Assembly (NCBI GenBank): GCA_038207395.1
Contig: JBBQZW010000001.1
Span: 208,862-268,293 of the forward strand
Direction of reading: 5' to 3'
From: Minisyncoccia bacterium
GTDB lineage: Bacteria > Patescibacteriota > Minisyncoccia > Phycocordibacterales > Phycocordibacteraceae
DNA: 59,432 nt
Both the position numbers and the translations under genes were made by a program. This document shows, piece by piece, positions 18,638 through 29,272 of this stretch. The notes below the pieces were generated by a model. That model worked only from the letters and a program-made list of their open reading frames with translations, was not told the DNA's origin and did no database searches. The stretch's first letter is position 1. Each line of letters opens with the position of its first letter.

Positions 18638-19774
18638 ATGAGTACCTTGACCAACATACAAAGTCTATGCGCCTCAACGTTAATCGCATTGAGTGTTCCA
18701 GCTCACGCCGGAAATACCGCAACGTCGCAGGTAGTGCCAAAAGCTCAAAAGGCTAAGGCATCACATGCATACCAAACGCGAACTATCCAGATTCTCAAGT
18801 GGCTACCCACCAAAGAACATCAGGGTGTCTACGCAACGGGAAAACTCGCCGGTTCAAAGGTGAGCGACCTCTATGCGTGGTATCTCGGACGTTCCGGGAC
18901 GCTGCCTAAAAATATCCGGGTTGACTGGAATCGTCAGCTTGCGCGTCTCTGGACGCATAAGTTTACGCTCACTCAGAACAAGCCGGTGCTGGATACGGGC
19001 ACTATGCTGGTGCTCGAATATAGTCGTCTTGATCCAGAACGCATGTCGCTCGGTGAATACCAGGCGATTGCGGAAAAACAGTCACGTATCGTCTATACCT
19101 CCCTTCGTTGGGAGAAAGTTGGCATTATGTATTTTGCCAACCCAAAGACGAAGACGGTCAATATCCGTAAGGTCGCGCTCTTGAAGCGCGTTGCGCGCAA
19201 CATTCGCGGCCGTACGCTTATTGCCTACGCCATGACCGAACTGTTTCCCACCTCGGGAAACTATAGTCAGGCGTATCTGGATTTCCTTCTGCGAAATGCA
19301 GGGCGGCGATATGTGGAAAGCCTTCCAGCGCTCCACGATCCACTCACTTCGTTTGGTCCTTTCCAGTTCACGTCGAAAGCCGTGTTCGCAACAGGATCAG
19401 ATGCCGTGGGTGGTGCTTCCCGCATGAACACTGCCCTGCCCGCTCATCTGCGCATTCCGTCGAGCGTTTCGCTTCTTCGGGGAAATGCGCATTTGCGCGC
19501 TGCGGAATTGTTTGCCATCTCAAATCTTGCATCGTTTATTCGCAAGTTGAATGACAAGCAGATCGCTCAGTTCGAACGAATCGTGGAAACGAAGTCGCTC
19601 GATCTGGCGCAGTTTGTGGCAACGGCACACAACAAACCAACCGTTGCCTATGCTGCCGGTATTCGGTGGCTAAACGCAAAGGCGCTTTCAAGCTACGGGC
19701 ATCGTTGCCCAAAAGCGAGTAAGCAGTATGCACATAAGACTTCCGAAAATTATCAGGCGCTAGCATCGCTCTGA
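18638..19774 (+). CDS. Secreted basic protein, possible lysozyme-fold/lytic transglycosylase
   Basis: Signal peptide ending PAHA; AMTE...SFGPFQFT...TAHN resembles LT motifs I-III. Confidence 0.5.
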   Translation: MSTLTNIQSLCASTLIALSVPAHAGNTATSQVVPKAQKAKASHAYQTRTIQILKWLPTKEHQGVYATGKLAGSKVSDLYAWYLGRSGTLPKNIRVDWNRQLARLWTHKFTLTQNKPVLDTGTMLVLEYSRLDPERMSLGEYQAIAEKQSRIVYTSLRWEKVGIMYFANPKTKTVNIRKVALLKRVARNIRGRTLIAYAMTELFPTSGNYSQAYLDFLLRNAGRRYVESLPALHDPLTSFGPFQFTSKAVFATGSDAVGGASRMNTALPAHLRIPSSVSLLRGNAHLRAAELFAISNLASFIRKLNDKQIAQFERIVETKSLDLAQFVATAHNKPTVAYAAGIRWLNAKALSSYGHRCPKASKQYAHKTSENYQALASL

Positions 19775-19780
19775 ATACTC

Positions 19781-19809
19781 ATCGCCCCGACACTTCGTGT
19801 CGGGGCGAT
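19781..19809 (+). terminator. Intrinsic terminator
   Basis: ATCGCCCCGACAC-TTC-GTGTCGGGGCGAT followed by a T-rich tail. Confidence 0.75.
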
Positions 19810-19891
19810 TTCTTTTGACGTACCTATAAAAAGGAGTATTACATAGAGAGGAACCCTGGGTGTATGCGCCACCCTAACCCATGAGGCGTCT

Positions 19892-20251
19892 ATGTTCTTT
19901 ATATGTTTGAGAGTCATCGCACTCACCTTGCTGAGTACGGCGTGTAGTGTGCCGCAGTATCCTCACGAAGTCCGGCTTACTAGCACGAACCCTGTAGGAA
20001 GTATTGTCGGTCAGGATGATACCGGCGACGGACAATGGGATGTTATCTTCTTCTCCGGATCAGAGAAGCTGTATACCTTTGGTGAGGGGCAATGCGATAA
20101 TGCACGCTATATTCCGGAAACGAGGCAGTGGAAATACATACCCACAAATGCTGACCGGTCAGCACAAATGTATAACGTGCAGATTGTGCCGAACGCGGTG
20201 ATTATGCCGATTATTAAGAAATTAAATCACGCACGTGACCATCAGACATGA
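19892..20251 (+). CDS. Putative lipoprotein
   Basis: Lipobox-like STAC after a hydrophobic stretch. Confidence 0.55.
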   Translation: MFFICLRVIALTLLSTACSVPQYPHEVRLTSTNPVGSIVGQDDTGDGQWDVIFFSGSEKLYTFGEGQCDNARYIPETRQWKYIPTNADRSAQMYNVQIVPNAVIMPIIKKLNHARDHQT

Positions 20252-20311
20252 TGCCAGTGCAGGTAGTCTATTCTTTACGCGCCGACCTCTGGTCGGCGCG
20301 CCTTTATATTC

Positions 20312-21319
20312 CTATCGCAAATACCTATCGACATTCCTTACCTGGCCAGCATACGTAAGTGAGCAGTGAATTTGATGATCGTTGTCGTGGAGATAAAAAA
20401 TACAATCCGTAGTCACGGGATGAAGCACGGCATTAATGGAAGAGAGACTCGGATTATTGATTGGGTGCGGCGGCAGCCCTGCATGTTTATACGTATTAAA
20501 TGGAGAGTTTACATATTTATCCGCACTCGTTGGTTGTGGCCACCAATTCCCCTCAGTGCCTTTTGCATACTGAAGCGTCGCATCTGCTTGTAGACGCATT
20601 CCATTCTCAAGACGGTTCCATAAAATTCCAGCAACAAGCGCCTTGTCGTCTTTTGATGCTTCGCGATCAACAATACTTGCAAGCGTCAGTACTTTTACCC
20701 AGGGAATATTCTGACGCTGGGCTTCCTTCGCATACGGCGCAAACACATCAGTAAACCGTCCCCGCATACGTGCCGCTATCTGCGTGGGTGACTGGTCGCT
20801 CGGAATAAGATAGGTATCAGGATAGTACACTCCCTCAACAAAGTTCGGGTCTGGATTTGTCGCAACGGTAATCCATTCTTTCTCTTGCGCAGCACTCCAA
20901 TTCAATTCATCGGCAAGGATAGCTCCTATCTGTTCTTTTCGAATACCTGGAGGAAATGTCACAAAGGCAATAGCGGGAGGATCCGTGAGCACTTTTGCAA
21001 GGGTCCATACGTCCATATTTTTTCCAATGGAGTATCCCCCGCCGCGAATATCTGCACGTTCAGAATCTTTTAAAAGTGCCACTCGAAGTGCCCATGAACT
21101 GCGGGTTACCCCACTAGCCGCGACCAGCTGAGCAGCTTCCTGAATACTCGTACCCGGCTGAATAACAAATTCAGCAGGTACGGCCTGAGTGTCTACGGCG
21201 CCAAAGAAACGCGAGTACGAAACAAGTCCAGTAAGCAAAAGAAAAATAACTACTGCTCCTGAGGTAAGGAATGTACGCTTCCACGTTCTAACGTATGAAC
21301 GGGGAGAAAAGTACGACAT
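20312..21319 (-). CDS. mltG: Endolytic transglycosylase MltG
   Basis: EGVYYPDTY, ASIVDRE, LQADAT, SPFNTY..GLPP.PI.NP. Confidence 0.92.
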   Translation of the reverse strand: MSYFSPRSYVRTWKRTFLTSGAVVIFLLLTGLVSYSRFFGAVDTQAVPAEFVIQPGTSIQEAAQLVAASGVTRSSWALRVALLKDSERADIRGGGYSIGKNMDVWTLAKVLTDPPAIAFVTFPPGIRKEQIGAILADELNWSAAQEKEWITVATNPDPNFVEGVYYPDTYLIPSDQSPTQIAARMRGRFTDVFAPYAKEAQRQNIPWVKVLTLASIVDREASKDDKALVAGILWNRLENGMRLQADATLQYAKGTEGNWWPQPTSADKYVNSPFNTYKHAGLPPHPINNPSLSSINAVLHPVTTDCIFYLHDNDHQIHCSLTYAGQVRNVDRYLR

Positions 21320-21368
21320 GCACTCATTCTATCATCTGCTTTTTATCCCCATTTTTCCTTCCGCACAG

Positions 21369-22265
21369 TTACCCACCCTGCGCACCATCGGTGAATCGGA
21401 AACTCTCCACGATTCCGTTTAATACATCCATAACTGCTGTCTGATCAAATTCAGTAATACCTTGCTTTGGATCATAGTTACCAATTGCTGTTGAGTGGAT
21501 AGTGTACTCAATCGCATAGCACTGATTATTTCGCACGGTTCGATAACTCGTTGTGTCGTAGCGATTTCCTGCAGCTGCATCATTTGAATGAAGAACGCTA
21601 AACTTCGTACCATTATTGGTTTGAACGGTACTAGGGGTTACAGGTCCTCCCGTTGGGTTATAGGTGAGACAGGTGGCAACGGCTGAAGGATCAGCACTCG
21701 TTCCAACAGTGAATGTTCCTTCACTAAAATTTGTATCTGGTTGGAATGACTTTCCGAGCGTCGCTTTGGCAAGTATGAGCCCAGAACTTGAAGCGTTTAC
21801 CATCCAACTTTGCGTATAGCCGGCGCTAGAACCAGAAACGGTAACCATGCTTGGGTAGGTAAAGGTAAACACGCCTGCACTATCGGCAAATTGTTTCTCG
21901 CCACCAGCTGATGATCCTGAGGATTGAGCGCCTGCAGCGACACAATCTACATAGGTCTGAATTCCGTCCTCTTCAAGAAAGGCATTTGATCCTTTTCCAA
22001 CAAATACCTGAGTGCCGTTCTCATACCGAATACCTGAGGCAGATTGAGCGATAGGAAGTATGAGGGCACGCGTATCTGAGAGCGTAAGTGTTACTGCCGT
22101 ATCAGTGAATGATGCGTCCATCGATTTTCCATCACGACACAGGTATGAGGCTACCGACGTCACTCGCGGCGCCGGGATTTTTTGTGTGTGGAAATACAGG
22201 TACACTCCAGCACCAAGCGCGATGATCAGGAGGATACCTCCAATGATTGATGAGGGACGATTCAT
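21369..22265 (-). CDS. Membrane-anchored MliC (lysozyme inhibitor) domain protein
   Basis: YLC...SASGIRY..F.GKG..A motif plus a C-terminal domain. Confidence 0.75.
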   Translation of the reverse strand: MNRPSSIIGGILLIIALGAGVYLYFHTQKIPAPRVTSVASYLCRDGKSMDASFTDTAVTLTLSDTRALILPIAQSASGIRYENGTQVFVGKGSNAFLEEDGIQTYVDCVAAGAQSSGSSAGGEKQFADSAGVFTFTYPSMVTVSGSSAGYTQSWMVNASSSGLILAKATLGKSFQPDTNFSEGTFTVGTSADPSAVATCLTYNPTGGPVTPSTVQTNNGTKFSVLHSNDAAAGNRYDTTSYRTVRNNQCYAIEYTIHSTAIGNYDPKQGITEFDQTAVMDVLNGIVESFRFTDGAQGG

Positions 22266-22364
22266 ATAGTACTTGAGTATACCTAATCATACGCCAAATA
22301 TCTGATGAAGATTGACCTTCGGTACACCGTGCGCTATAACAAAATTATGTTACGTAATAAAAGT

Positions 22365-22565
22365 ATGAAATGTATCCGGCACATGTACGGCACGGGCACC
22401 GTAAACGAAAAGGGTCAGATAGTGATTCCTGCCGAAGCACGGCGTGATCTGGGCATCGAGCCTGATATGAAATTCATGTTCGTTGGGGACCCTAAGCGTC
22501 GTATCTTAGGTCTCGTTCCAATGGACTTAGTAGAAGAAAAACTCAAAGGTGTTGTTGATCTGTAA
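22365..22565 (+). CDS. AbrB/MazE-family DNA-binding protein
   Basis: EKGQIVIPAEARRDLGI. Confidence 0.85.
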   Translation: MKCIRHMYGTGTVNEKGQIVIPAEARRDLGIEPDMKFMFVGDPKRRILGLVPMDLVEEKLKGVVDL

Positions 22566-22604
22566 GTTTGACATATCTCATATTTAGTTTATAAATTATA
22601 TATT

Positions 22605-24221
22605 ATGAAATCATTACTCTCTACCCTAAAGCGAATCCTTACGAGTGCACGCACTCGTACAACATCTTCTTGGACATGGTTCCGTGCGCGTCCACGCTGG
22701 CAGCAAGCGTCTATAGGCGCCCTAGCGCTCGCGCTTGTAGTGGGTGCCGTTGTATTTGCACGGGGTGGAGCAGCGACTACAGATACCGCACAGGTTCGAA
22801 CCGTAACGCTCGCAAGCGTTGGTTCCCTTTCGGGCACTAGTTCTGGAGCTTCCATTGTTGGAACCATCCGCTCAGTAAGCCAGGCTGATCTTCTGGCACA
22901 GACAGGAGGTACTGTACGCAGCGTTCACACAACGCTTGGCGCGCGCGTACCCGCAGGGTTTGTTATTGCTGACCTCGCAAACGCAGGCGAAGCGGCGGCG
23001 GTACTTCAGGCTGAAGGCGCCTATGACGCAGCGATAGCGGGTCGAAATATTACGACCGTTCAGTCAGGAAACTCTCAGATCTCATTTACCGAGGCACAGA
23101 CTTCTGCACGAACAACGTACCGTAGTGTATTCACCGCACTCGAAACTACGCTTAACGGCCAGATTGATTCGAATTTCGCAAACATTAACGGTAAAGGAAG
23201 TCAGGTTCTTATAAATCAAGGGCCGTATATCGATCTTCAGCGTACGCGAGAAAATATTCGTACGAGCATGGACGCATGGCGGGCAAATCTCTCACGTGCT
23301 GATGGAACAGACCCAGCTACACTGCTTGCCCAAGCAACAAAAGACACGCAGGACATTTCTACCTTCCTTGCAGGTATTTCAAACATCATAAGTGCACCTA
23401 ATATTATTGCTGACTCTGGCCAGCTCGCCGCACTTGCAAGCGCGCGCGCAACCACTGACGCGCAGCTCGCCGCACTCTCTGGCGCGCGCGACGTTCTTAA
23501 TGCAAAAAAGACAGCAGCTCAGATTGGCTCCTCTTCAAATACGGGAGGTACTCAGCTTGCTAGTGCTGACGCATCTATTAAGCAGGCCCTTGGCGTTCTT
23601 CGCGGTGCTCAGGCAAACTACGAAAAGACCCGTATTCGCGCAACGATAGGAGGCACGGTTAACTTCCTTTCAATTAAGAAGGGTGAGTATGTTGGTGCCT
23701 TCCAAAAGGTCGCAACCATTGCTCAAAATGGAGCGCTTGAGATTGTGGCGTATATTCCAGAAGAACAGCGTACAGCAATAAGTGTTGGTATGAAGGTGTC
23801 AGTCGAAGGAAATCATCCAGGCACTATCACTGCCATTGCGCCCGCTCTCGACGCACTAACAAAGCAGATTGAGGTACGTATTGCCGTTGATGCCTTTCCT
23901 GATCTTGTAAACGGCCAGTCCGTGCGTATTACCCTTCCTTCTGAGGCAGTAGCAACTCCTACAGTCACCGCATCCTCAACGGCACCGCTCTCCCGATTCT
24001 TACTCCCTCTTAGCGCGGTAAAACTTCTTCCTGAGTCACGTGCTGTCTTCAGTGTAGACAGTGATGGGCGTATTGTTGCTCACACCGTTACGATCGGTGA
24101 AGTTATTGGAGACCGTATTGAGATACTTTCTGGCATCACTCCTGACATGCGCATTGTTACTGACGTGCGCGGACTATCAGAAGGGCAGAAAGTACAGATT
24201 GGTGAAGCGGTCACTATCTAG
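22605..24221 (+). CDS. RND efflux adaptor (membrane fusion protein)
   Basis: TM, lipoyl-like halves, long alpha-helical hairpin, GDRIEILSGI; upstream of AcrB-like gene. Confidence 0.82.
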   Translation: MKSLLSTLKRILTSARTRTTSSWTWFRARPRWQQASIGALALALVVGAVVFARGGAATTDTAQVRTVTLASVGSLSGTSSGASIVGTIRSVSQADLLAQTGGTVRSVHTTLGARVPAGFVIADLANAGEAAAVLQAEGAYDAAIAGRNITTVQSGNSQISFTEAQTSARTTYRSVFTALETTLNGQIDSNFANINGKGSQVLINQGPYIDLQRTRENIRTSMDAWRANLSRADGTDPATLLAQATKDTQDISTFLAGISNIISAPNIIADSGQLAALASARATTDAQLAALSGARDVLNAKKTAAQIGSSSNTGGTQLASADASIKQALGVLRGAQANYEKTRIRATIGGTVNFLSIKKGEYVGAFQKVATIAQNGALEIVAYIPEEQRTAISVGMKVSVEGNHPGTITAIAPALDALTKQIEVRIAVDAFPDLVNGQSVRITLPSEAVATPTVTASSTAPLSRFLLPLSAVKLLPESRAVFSVDSDGRIVAHTVTIGEVIGDRIEILSGITPDMRIVTDVRGLSEGQKVQIGEAVTI

Positions 24222-24238
24222 ACTGAACGCATACTACT

Positions 24239-27200
24239 ATGACTACTTTTTGGAGCTTCTTCATCCACAAACGCAGTTTTACTGTTTTCTTGATGATCAT
24301 ACTTACCCTCGCGGGTGCGTATGCCATAACGGAGATTCCAAAAGAATCAACGCCCGATATTTCTATTCCTCTGGGCATTGTAGTGACCGCACTCCCTGGT
24401 GCTTCAAGCGCTGACGTAGAACGTTTGGTCACGAATAAGATTGAGAGCGGCGTTCTTGGTGTTGAGAATGTCTCAAAAGTTACGTCCACTTCTGCGGATG
24501 GTATTTCATCCGTATCCGTTGAATTTAATTCTTCAGCAAATATTGATAAATCAATTCAGTCGCTTAAGGATGCAGTAGATAAAATTAAGCAGGATCTTCC
24601 TACGGAAGCCACCACGCCAAGCGTCTCTGACGTGAACTTCGCTGACTCCCCTATTCTTGTTATTTCTGTTTCAGGAAATCTTGCACCTGGTGAACTAACG
24701 GCACTTGGTGAAAGCGTAAGTGATGAAGTGAAGCGTGTTCCCGGTGTTTCAAAAGTTTCCGTCTCTGGTGTCCGTGCACGTCAGGTACAGGTTATTGCAC
24801 GCGAAGAAAGTCTTCGCCAGTACGGCATTTCATTGTCTGATGTCACAAATGCAATTCGTGCAGCGGGAGTAGCGTCACCTGCAGGTGCCATAACCGTAGA
24901 CGGGGTGAACTACTCTGTTCGTTTTGAATCAGGGGTTGCGACAACCGACAAGGTAGCCGAAGTGGTCATCACAACGCCAACAGGTTCAACCGTGCGCGTT
25001 GGCGATATTGCAAACGTGGTTGATGGTTTGCAGAACCCTTCAACGTATTCACGCGTATCTGTTGCTGGAAGTCCTTCTCAGCCGTCTCTAACCCTTACGG
25101 TATATAAGAGTCGTGGAGGAAACATTGTGCAAACAGGACATGCTGTTGAGAAGCGTCTGGAAGAACTAAAGGCAACCACCTTAACGAACACCAGTACGGT
25201 TATTTCATACAACGGTGCAGAAGAAGTGAATAAGAGTCTTACCGAACTAACGCGTGCAGGTATTGAGACCGTTATCCTGGTCGTTATTGTTCTCTATCTC
25301 ACCCTAGGTCTTCGTGAATCTCTCGTCGCCGCTGCCTCCATCCCCCTTTCATTCCTTATTGCCTTCATCGGTCTTCTTGCTTCCGGCAACACACTTAATA
25401 ACGTGTCCTTGTTCTCACTCATCCTTGCGATAGGTATCTTAGTAGATTCTGGCGTTGTTATGGTTGAAGCATTTCATACCCGTCTTCGTGAGTATGGAAA
25501 TAAAGAACAGGCAGCAATAGCATCTATCCGTGAGTATGCCTGGCCACTTATTGCAGGTACGTTTACCACCATTGCCGTCTTTATTCCCCTCTTATTCCTT
25601 ACCGGCATTATTGGTAAATTCCTCGCCAGTATTCCCTTTACGATTATCTTCGTACTTCTTGCCAGTATCTTCGTTGCGCTTGGATTCGTTCCCCTTCTCG
25701 CTATAGCATTCATTCGTGAAGGCCACAGTACGTCGGAGGATCGCCAGGAGCGTTATAACGCCGCAGCTAAGAAATGGTACGAAGGATTCCTGCATCGATT
25801 CCTCCACGACAAAAAGAATCAAAACCGATTCCTTGCTGCAATGATTCTTCTCTTTGTTATCTCACTCTCCCTTCCCGCTGTTGGTCTCCTTAAATCAATC
25901 TTCTTCCCTGCAGATAATGCTGATTACGTATACGTTCAGATTGAAAAACCTCAAGGTACTAGTTTGGACAATACTGACCTCGCTACCCGCGAAGTTGAAG
26001 AAGCACTCTACGCAGATCCCTATGTTGCTTCATTTGTGAGTCAGACCGGTAGTGCAAGTTCGTTTGCGGGGGGCTCTAATGCCGGACCTTCTTCAGGCAG
26101 TAACATCGCAAACCTTACCGTTAACCTTCCAAAGAACCACAAAATAACGAGCGCTGATTTTGTTACCCATCTTCGAAAAGAACTTTCTGGTATCACGTCA
26201 GCAACAATCACCGTAGGTGAACCTGCAGGAGGACCTCCAGCAGCATCTCCAGTTACCCTTACCTTTACCGGTGACGACCTTGGCGAGTTAACCGCCACGG
26301 CTGAACGGGCCGCCCATGTCCTTTCTGATATTCCAGGCGTAGTGAACGTAAACGCAGACAGTAAGAACGCTAGTGCTGAATTCGTAGTCTCACTCGATAG
26401 CGCAAAAGCTGCACAAGCTGGCGTGTCTCCCGTTATCGTTGCTGACACCCTTCGTACCGCACTCTTTGGAACTAAGGCCACTTCTATTCGCACGGGTAAG
26501 AATGATATCGAAGTATATACAAAGCTTGATCTCAATCCGAACTACACTGACCCAAGCAAGACCACTGATACGACTATTGATTCGGTGCGGTCTCTTACCT
26601 TCCCCACTAAGAGCGGTCCAATTCCACTCTCAAGTATCGCGACTATTCGATACGCTTCAGCACAGAGTTCTATCTCCCATGAAGCAGGTAATCGTATCGT
26701 AACCGTTACCGCCGACGTATCAGCTGGCGTAAATGCTATCGAAGTAAGTAACACCTTCAGCAAGAAGTTCGGAGACGCAGACCTTGGTAAGGGAGTGATA
26801 CTTAAGGTTGGTGGCGCATCAGAAGATGTTGCGAACTCGTTCACTCAACTCTTTGTGGCACTCATTGCAGGTGCGGCACTGATGCTTTGTATTCTTGTGC
26901 TTGAGTTCAATTCGTTCCGCCTTTCCTTCTATCTTCTCTCAATCGTTCCCTTCTCACTTGTGGGAGTGTTCGCAGGACTTGCACTTGTGGGACAACCTCT
27001 TTCGCTCACCTCCATACTTGGTGTGATTGCGCTTGCTGGCGTCATCATTAACCACGCCATTATTCTCATGGACTCAATAGCCCGTATTCATCGTGAAAAC
27101 CATGATCTTTCACTTGAAGAAGTTGTGGTGAGTGCGGCTTCAACGCGCCTACGTCCTATTCTTCTCACGACCATTGTGACCGTTATTGGTATGGTACCGC

Positions 27201-27358
27201 TTACGCTTGTCTCGCCATTCTGGGCACCGCTTGCCTTCGCTATTATGTTCGGACTCGCCTTCTCCCTTCTTCTTACCTTGCTTCTTATTCCTATGCTCTA
27301 CTTCCGCTGGCCGGGAAAGCAGGTACGCGCGCAGTTCTCCGAAGAAGTCTCTGGTTAG
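24239..27358 (+). CDS. AcrB/AcrD/AcrF-family RND permease
   Basis: 1039 aa, PGAS..VE..VT, GILVD, RLRPILLT. Confidence 0.93.
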   Translation: MTTFWSFFIHKRSFTVFLMIILTLAGAYAITEIPKESTPDISIPLGIVVTALPGASSADVERLVTNKIESGVLGVENVSKVTSTSADGISSVSVEFNSSANIDKSIQSLKDAVDKIKQDLPTEATTPSVSDVNFADSPILVISVSGNLAPGELTALGESVSDEVKRVPGVSKVSVSGVRARQVQVIAREESLRQYGISLSDVTNAIRAAGVASPAGAITVDGVNYSVRFESGVATTDKVAEVVITTPTGSTVRVGDIANVVDGLQNPSTYSRVSVAGSPSQPSLTLTVYKSRGGNIVQTGHAVEKRLEELKATTLTNTSTVISYNGAEEVNKSLTELTRAGIETVILVVIVLYLTLGLRESLVAAASIPLSFLIAFIGLLASGNTLNNVSLFSLILAIGILVDSGVVMVEAFHTRLREYGNKEQAAIASIREYAWPLIAGTFTTIAVFIPLLFLTGIIGKFLASIPFTIIFVLLASIFVALGFVPLLAIAFIREGHSTSEDRQERYNAAAKKWYEGFLHRFLHDKKNQNRFLAAMILLFVISLSLPAVGLLKSIFFPADNADYVYVQIEKPQGTSLDNTDLATREVEEALYADPYVASFVSQTGSASSFAGGSNAGPSSGSNIANLTVNLPKNHKITSADFVTHLRKELSGITSATITVGEPAGGPPAASPVTLTFTGDDLGELTATAERAAHVLSDIPGVVNVNADSKNASAEFVVSLDSAKAAQAGVSPVIVADTLRTALFGTKATSIRTGKNDIEVYTKLDLNPNYTDPSKTTDTTIDSVRSLTFPTKSGPIPLSSIATIRYASAQSSISHEAGNRIVTVTADVSAGVNAIEVSNTFSKKFGDADLGKGVILKVGGASEDVANSFTQLFVALIAGAALMLCILVLEFNSFRLSFYLLSIVPFSLVGVFAGLALVGQPLSLTSILGVIALAGVIINHAIILMDSIARIHRENHDLSLEEVVVSAASTRLRPILLTTIVTVIGMVPLTLVSPFWAPLAFAIMFGLAFSLLLTLLLIPMLYFRWPGKQVRAQFSEEVSG

Positions 27359-28660
27359 CTAGCGAGCAATCCCAACGTGCGGAATGTTGAGTGTCTTTTT
27401 CCGATAATTAATATCGAGAAGTAACTTAGGGCGTTTATAGATCTTACGTTTCTTTTGCGTCTCAGCTTCGCGTGCTATCGCTCGAGTACTCGCCGCTAAG
27501 TAGAGCGTGTTCCGGCCATACTTTTTGTTGAGCTGATCCATGACACTGAGGAGTGGTGCTTCAGAAGCCACCCGCGCGCTTTCACCGAACAAATCCGGCA
27601 TTATGGCACGGTCAGGGGTAATACCATACATGCCAAAACCACTTGCGCGATACAGCGTGCCTGCCACATGTACCGAATTAAAATGTTCTTCAACAAGTCG
27701 AAGAAACTCACGCGGGTCGGAAAGAGGAATTGACATGGTGAGGTTCTTTCCTGCATACCGGAACTCTTGAGTTTTAAGATAAAACCGACACATACGAGCC
27801 CGCACGCCGTGCCGGCGTGCCTTTGTACAGGCGCCTTCAATATTCTTTGCGAGTGCTGAAAGGATAAGTTGTTTGTCGGTAGTGGGAGTAAACGTACGAG
27901 ATTGAAGAATAGAACCCATGAGATCATCTTCGCTGGTGGTAAGTCTACGAATAAAATGCCCCTGCATTTCAAGCCAGATATCTCGGTATGGTTTGCTGAT
28001 TGAGTGATCCTTCAGCCAGCCTTCGTCTTTCTTTGCAAAGTCGAGCGCAGTCTTCACACCAAGCTTTTCTAAATAGAGTCCGGTAGAAAATCCCACACCC
28101 CAGATACTGCCAATAGGGAGCGTTTCTAAATAAGTATGCATTTCTTTTGCAGGAATTGAGGTAAATCCTGCCGGCTTTCGATACTTACTCGCAATCTTCG
28201 CTATCGTCTTATTCGGACCAAGTCCAAGTCCAAACGTAATACCTAAGTCCGTCTCAAGACGCTCTTTTATAAGAAGCGCAATCTTCTCATATGACATACG
28301 GTACTTTGATCGAAGACCCGTAATATCCGCAAAACATTCATCAATACTGTATTCCTCTACTTCAGGAGTGAATTCGCGTGCAATGTGGTACATGCGTTTG
28401 GCGTAAATGGAATACGCCGTATAGTCTCCGGGAACGATAATGACCCCCGGACAGATGCGTTTCATTTCCTGAAGGGTCATCCCGCGCGAAAGCCCAAGCT
28501 TTTTACCTTCAACAGAAACTGACGTTGCGGCACCGCGTTCACCTCCCGTCACAACCACCTTTCCGCGTAAGGTATGATCTAACGCCTGTTCAACAGAGGC
28601 AAAAAATGAATCCGCATCAAAGTGGAGAATGGCACGGGGAAATGAGCGGGTCGAAAGCAT
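27359..28660 (-). CDS. Y-family DNA polymerase (DinB/UmuC-like)
   Basis: HFDADSFFASVE, YSIDE, AKIASK..KP. Confidence 0.92.
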   Translation of the reverse strand: MLSTRSFPRAILHFDADSFFASVEQALDHTLRGKVVVTGGERGAATSVSVEGKKLGLSRGMTLQEMKRICPGVIIVPGDYTAYSIYAKRMYHIAREFTPEVEEYSIDECFADITGLRSKYRMSYEKIALLIKERLETDLGITFGLGLGPNKTIAKIASKYRKPAGFTSIPAKEMHTYLETLPIGSIWGVGFSTGLYLEKLGVKTALDFAKKDEGWLKDHSISKPYRDIWLEMQGHFIRRLTTSEDDLMGSILQSRTFTPTTDKQLILSALAKNIEGACTKARRHGVRARMCRFYLKTQEFRYAGKNLTMSIPLSDPREFLRLVEEHFNSVHVAGTLYRASGFGMYGITPDRAIMPDLFGESARVASEAPLLSVMDQLNKKYGRNTLYLAASTRAIAREAETQKKRKIYKRPKLLLDINYRKKTLNIPHVGIAR

Positions 28661-28681
28661 GGGTCATACATAAATACTCAC

Positions 28682-29245
28682 TTAGTACGTACGGAATGTT
28701 GAGACTACCTTCCCAATAATTTCCCCTTCGCGTGGGTGAATATCGGGATACGCTTCATTCGCCGCTTCTAAACAAAGCTGACCATTCTTTCGACGAAGAT
28801 ATTTAAGCGTATATCCGTCCTCCGTAAGAGCAACAACAATCTGATTTACCTGCACGTCTTTCGTGCGCTCAAATACCACCAGATCTCCGCTTTGAATACC
28901 TGCATCAATCATGGAGTCTCCTTCAACCGTAAGGAGATAACTCGCGTCGGGGTGTGGGAGAAGGTATTCGCCTACAGTAATAGTGTCAGCAAGTTCCTCC
29001 TCGGCGGGTGCAGCAAAACCTGCACGAATGTGTCCCAAAAGAGGAGCGCTGTAGAGTCCTGCTGCAGGGATAAGCTTCCCGGTTTTATCTTTCTCTACGA
29101 TACCGGCTTTTATAAGCTGTTCTGCTACGTAGAAGGCAGAACTACGGCTAGAGAGCCCTAAGACAGCCATAAGCTCCGTAATAGAGGGCATGCGCTTGTT
29201 CGTGCGGTAGAACGAACGGACCTTGTCAGTAACGCCGGGTTTCAT
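28682..29245 (-). CDS. lexA: LexA-like repressor (HTH + S24 peptidase)
   Basis: N-terminal wHTH, AG cleavage site (IRAGF), GDSM Ser, TLK Lys. Confidence 0.85.
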   Translation of the reverse strand: MKPGVTDKVRSFYRTNKRMPSITELMAVLGLSSRSSAFYVAEQLIKAGIVEKDKTGKLIPAAGLYSAPLLGHIRAGFAAPAEEELADTITVGEYLLPHPDASYLLTVEGDSMIDAGIQSGDLVVFERTKDVQVNQIVVALTEDGYTLKYLRRKNGQLCLEAANEAYPDIHPREGEIIGKVVSTFRTY

Positions 29246-29260
29246 AACCCTAGTATACTA

Positions 29261-29272
29261 GAACAATTGTTC
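29261..29272. promoter_or_regulatory. SOS box GAAC-N4-GTTC
   Basis: GAACAATTGTTC immediately upstream of the lexA -10 (TATACT on the minus strand). Confidence 0.75.
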
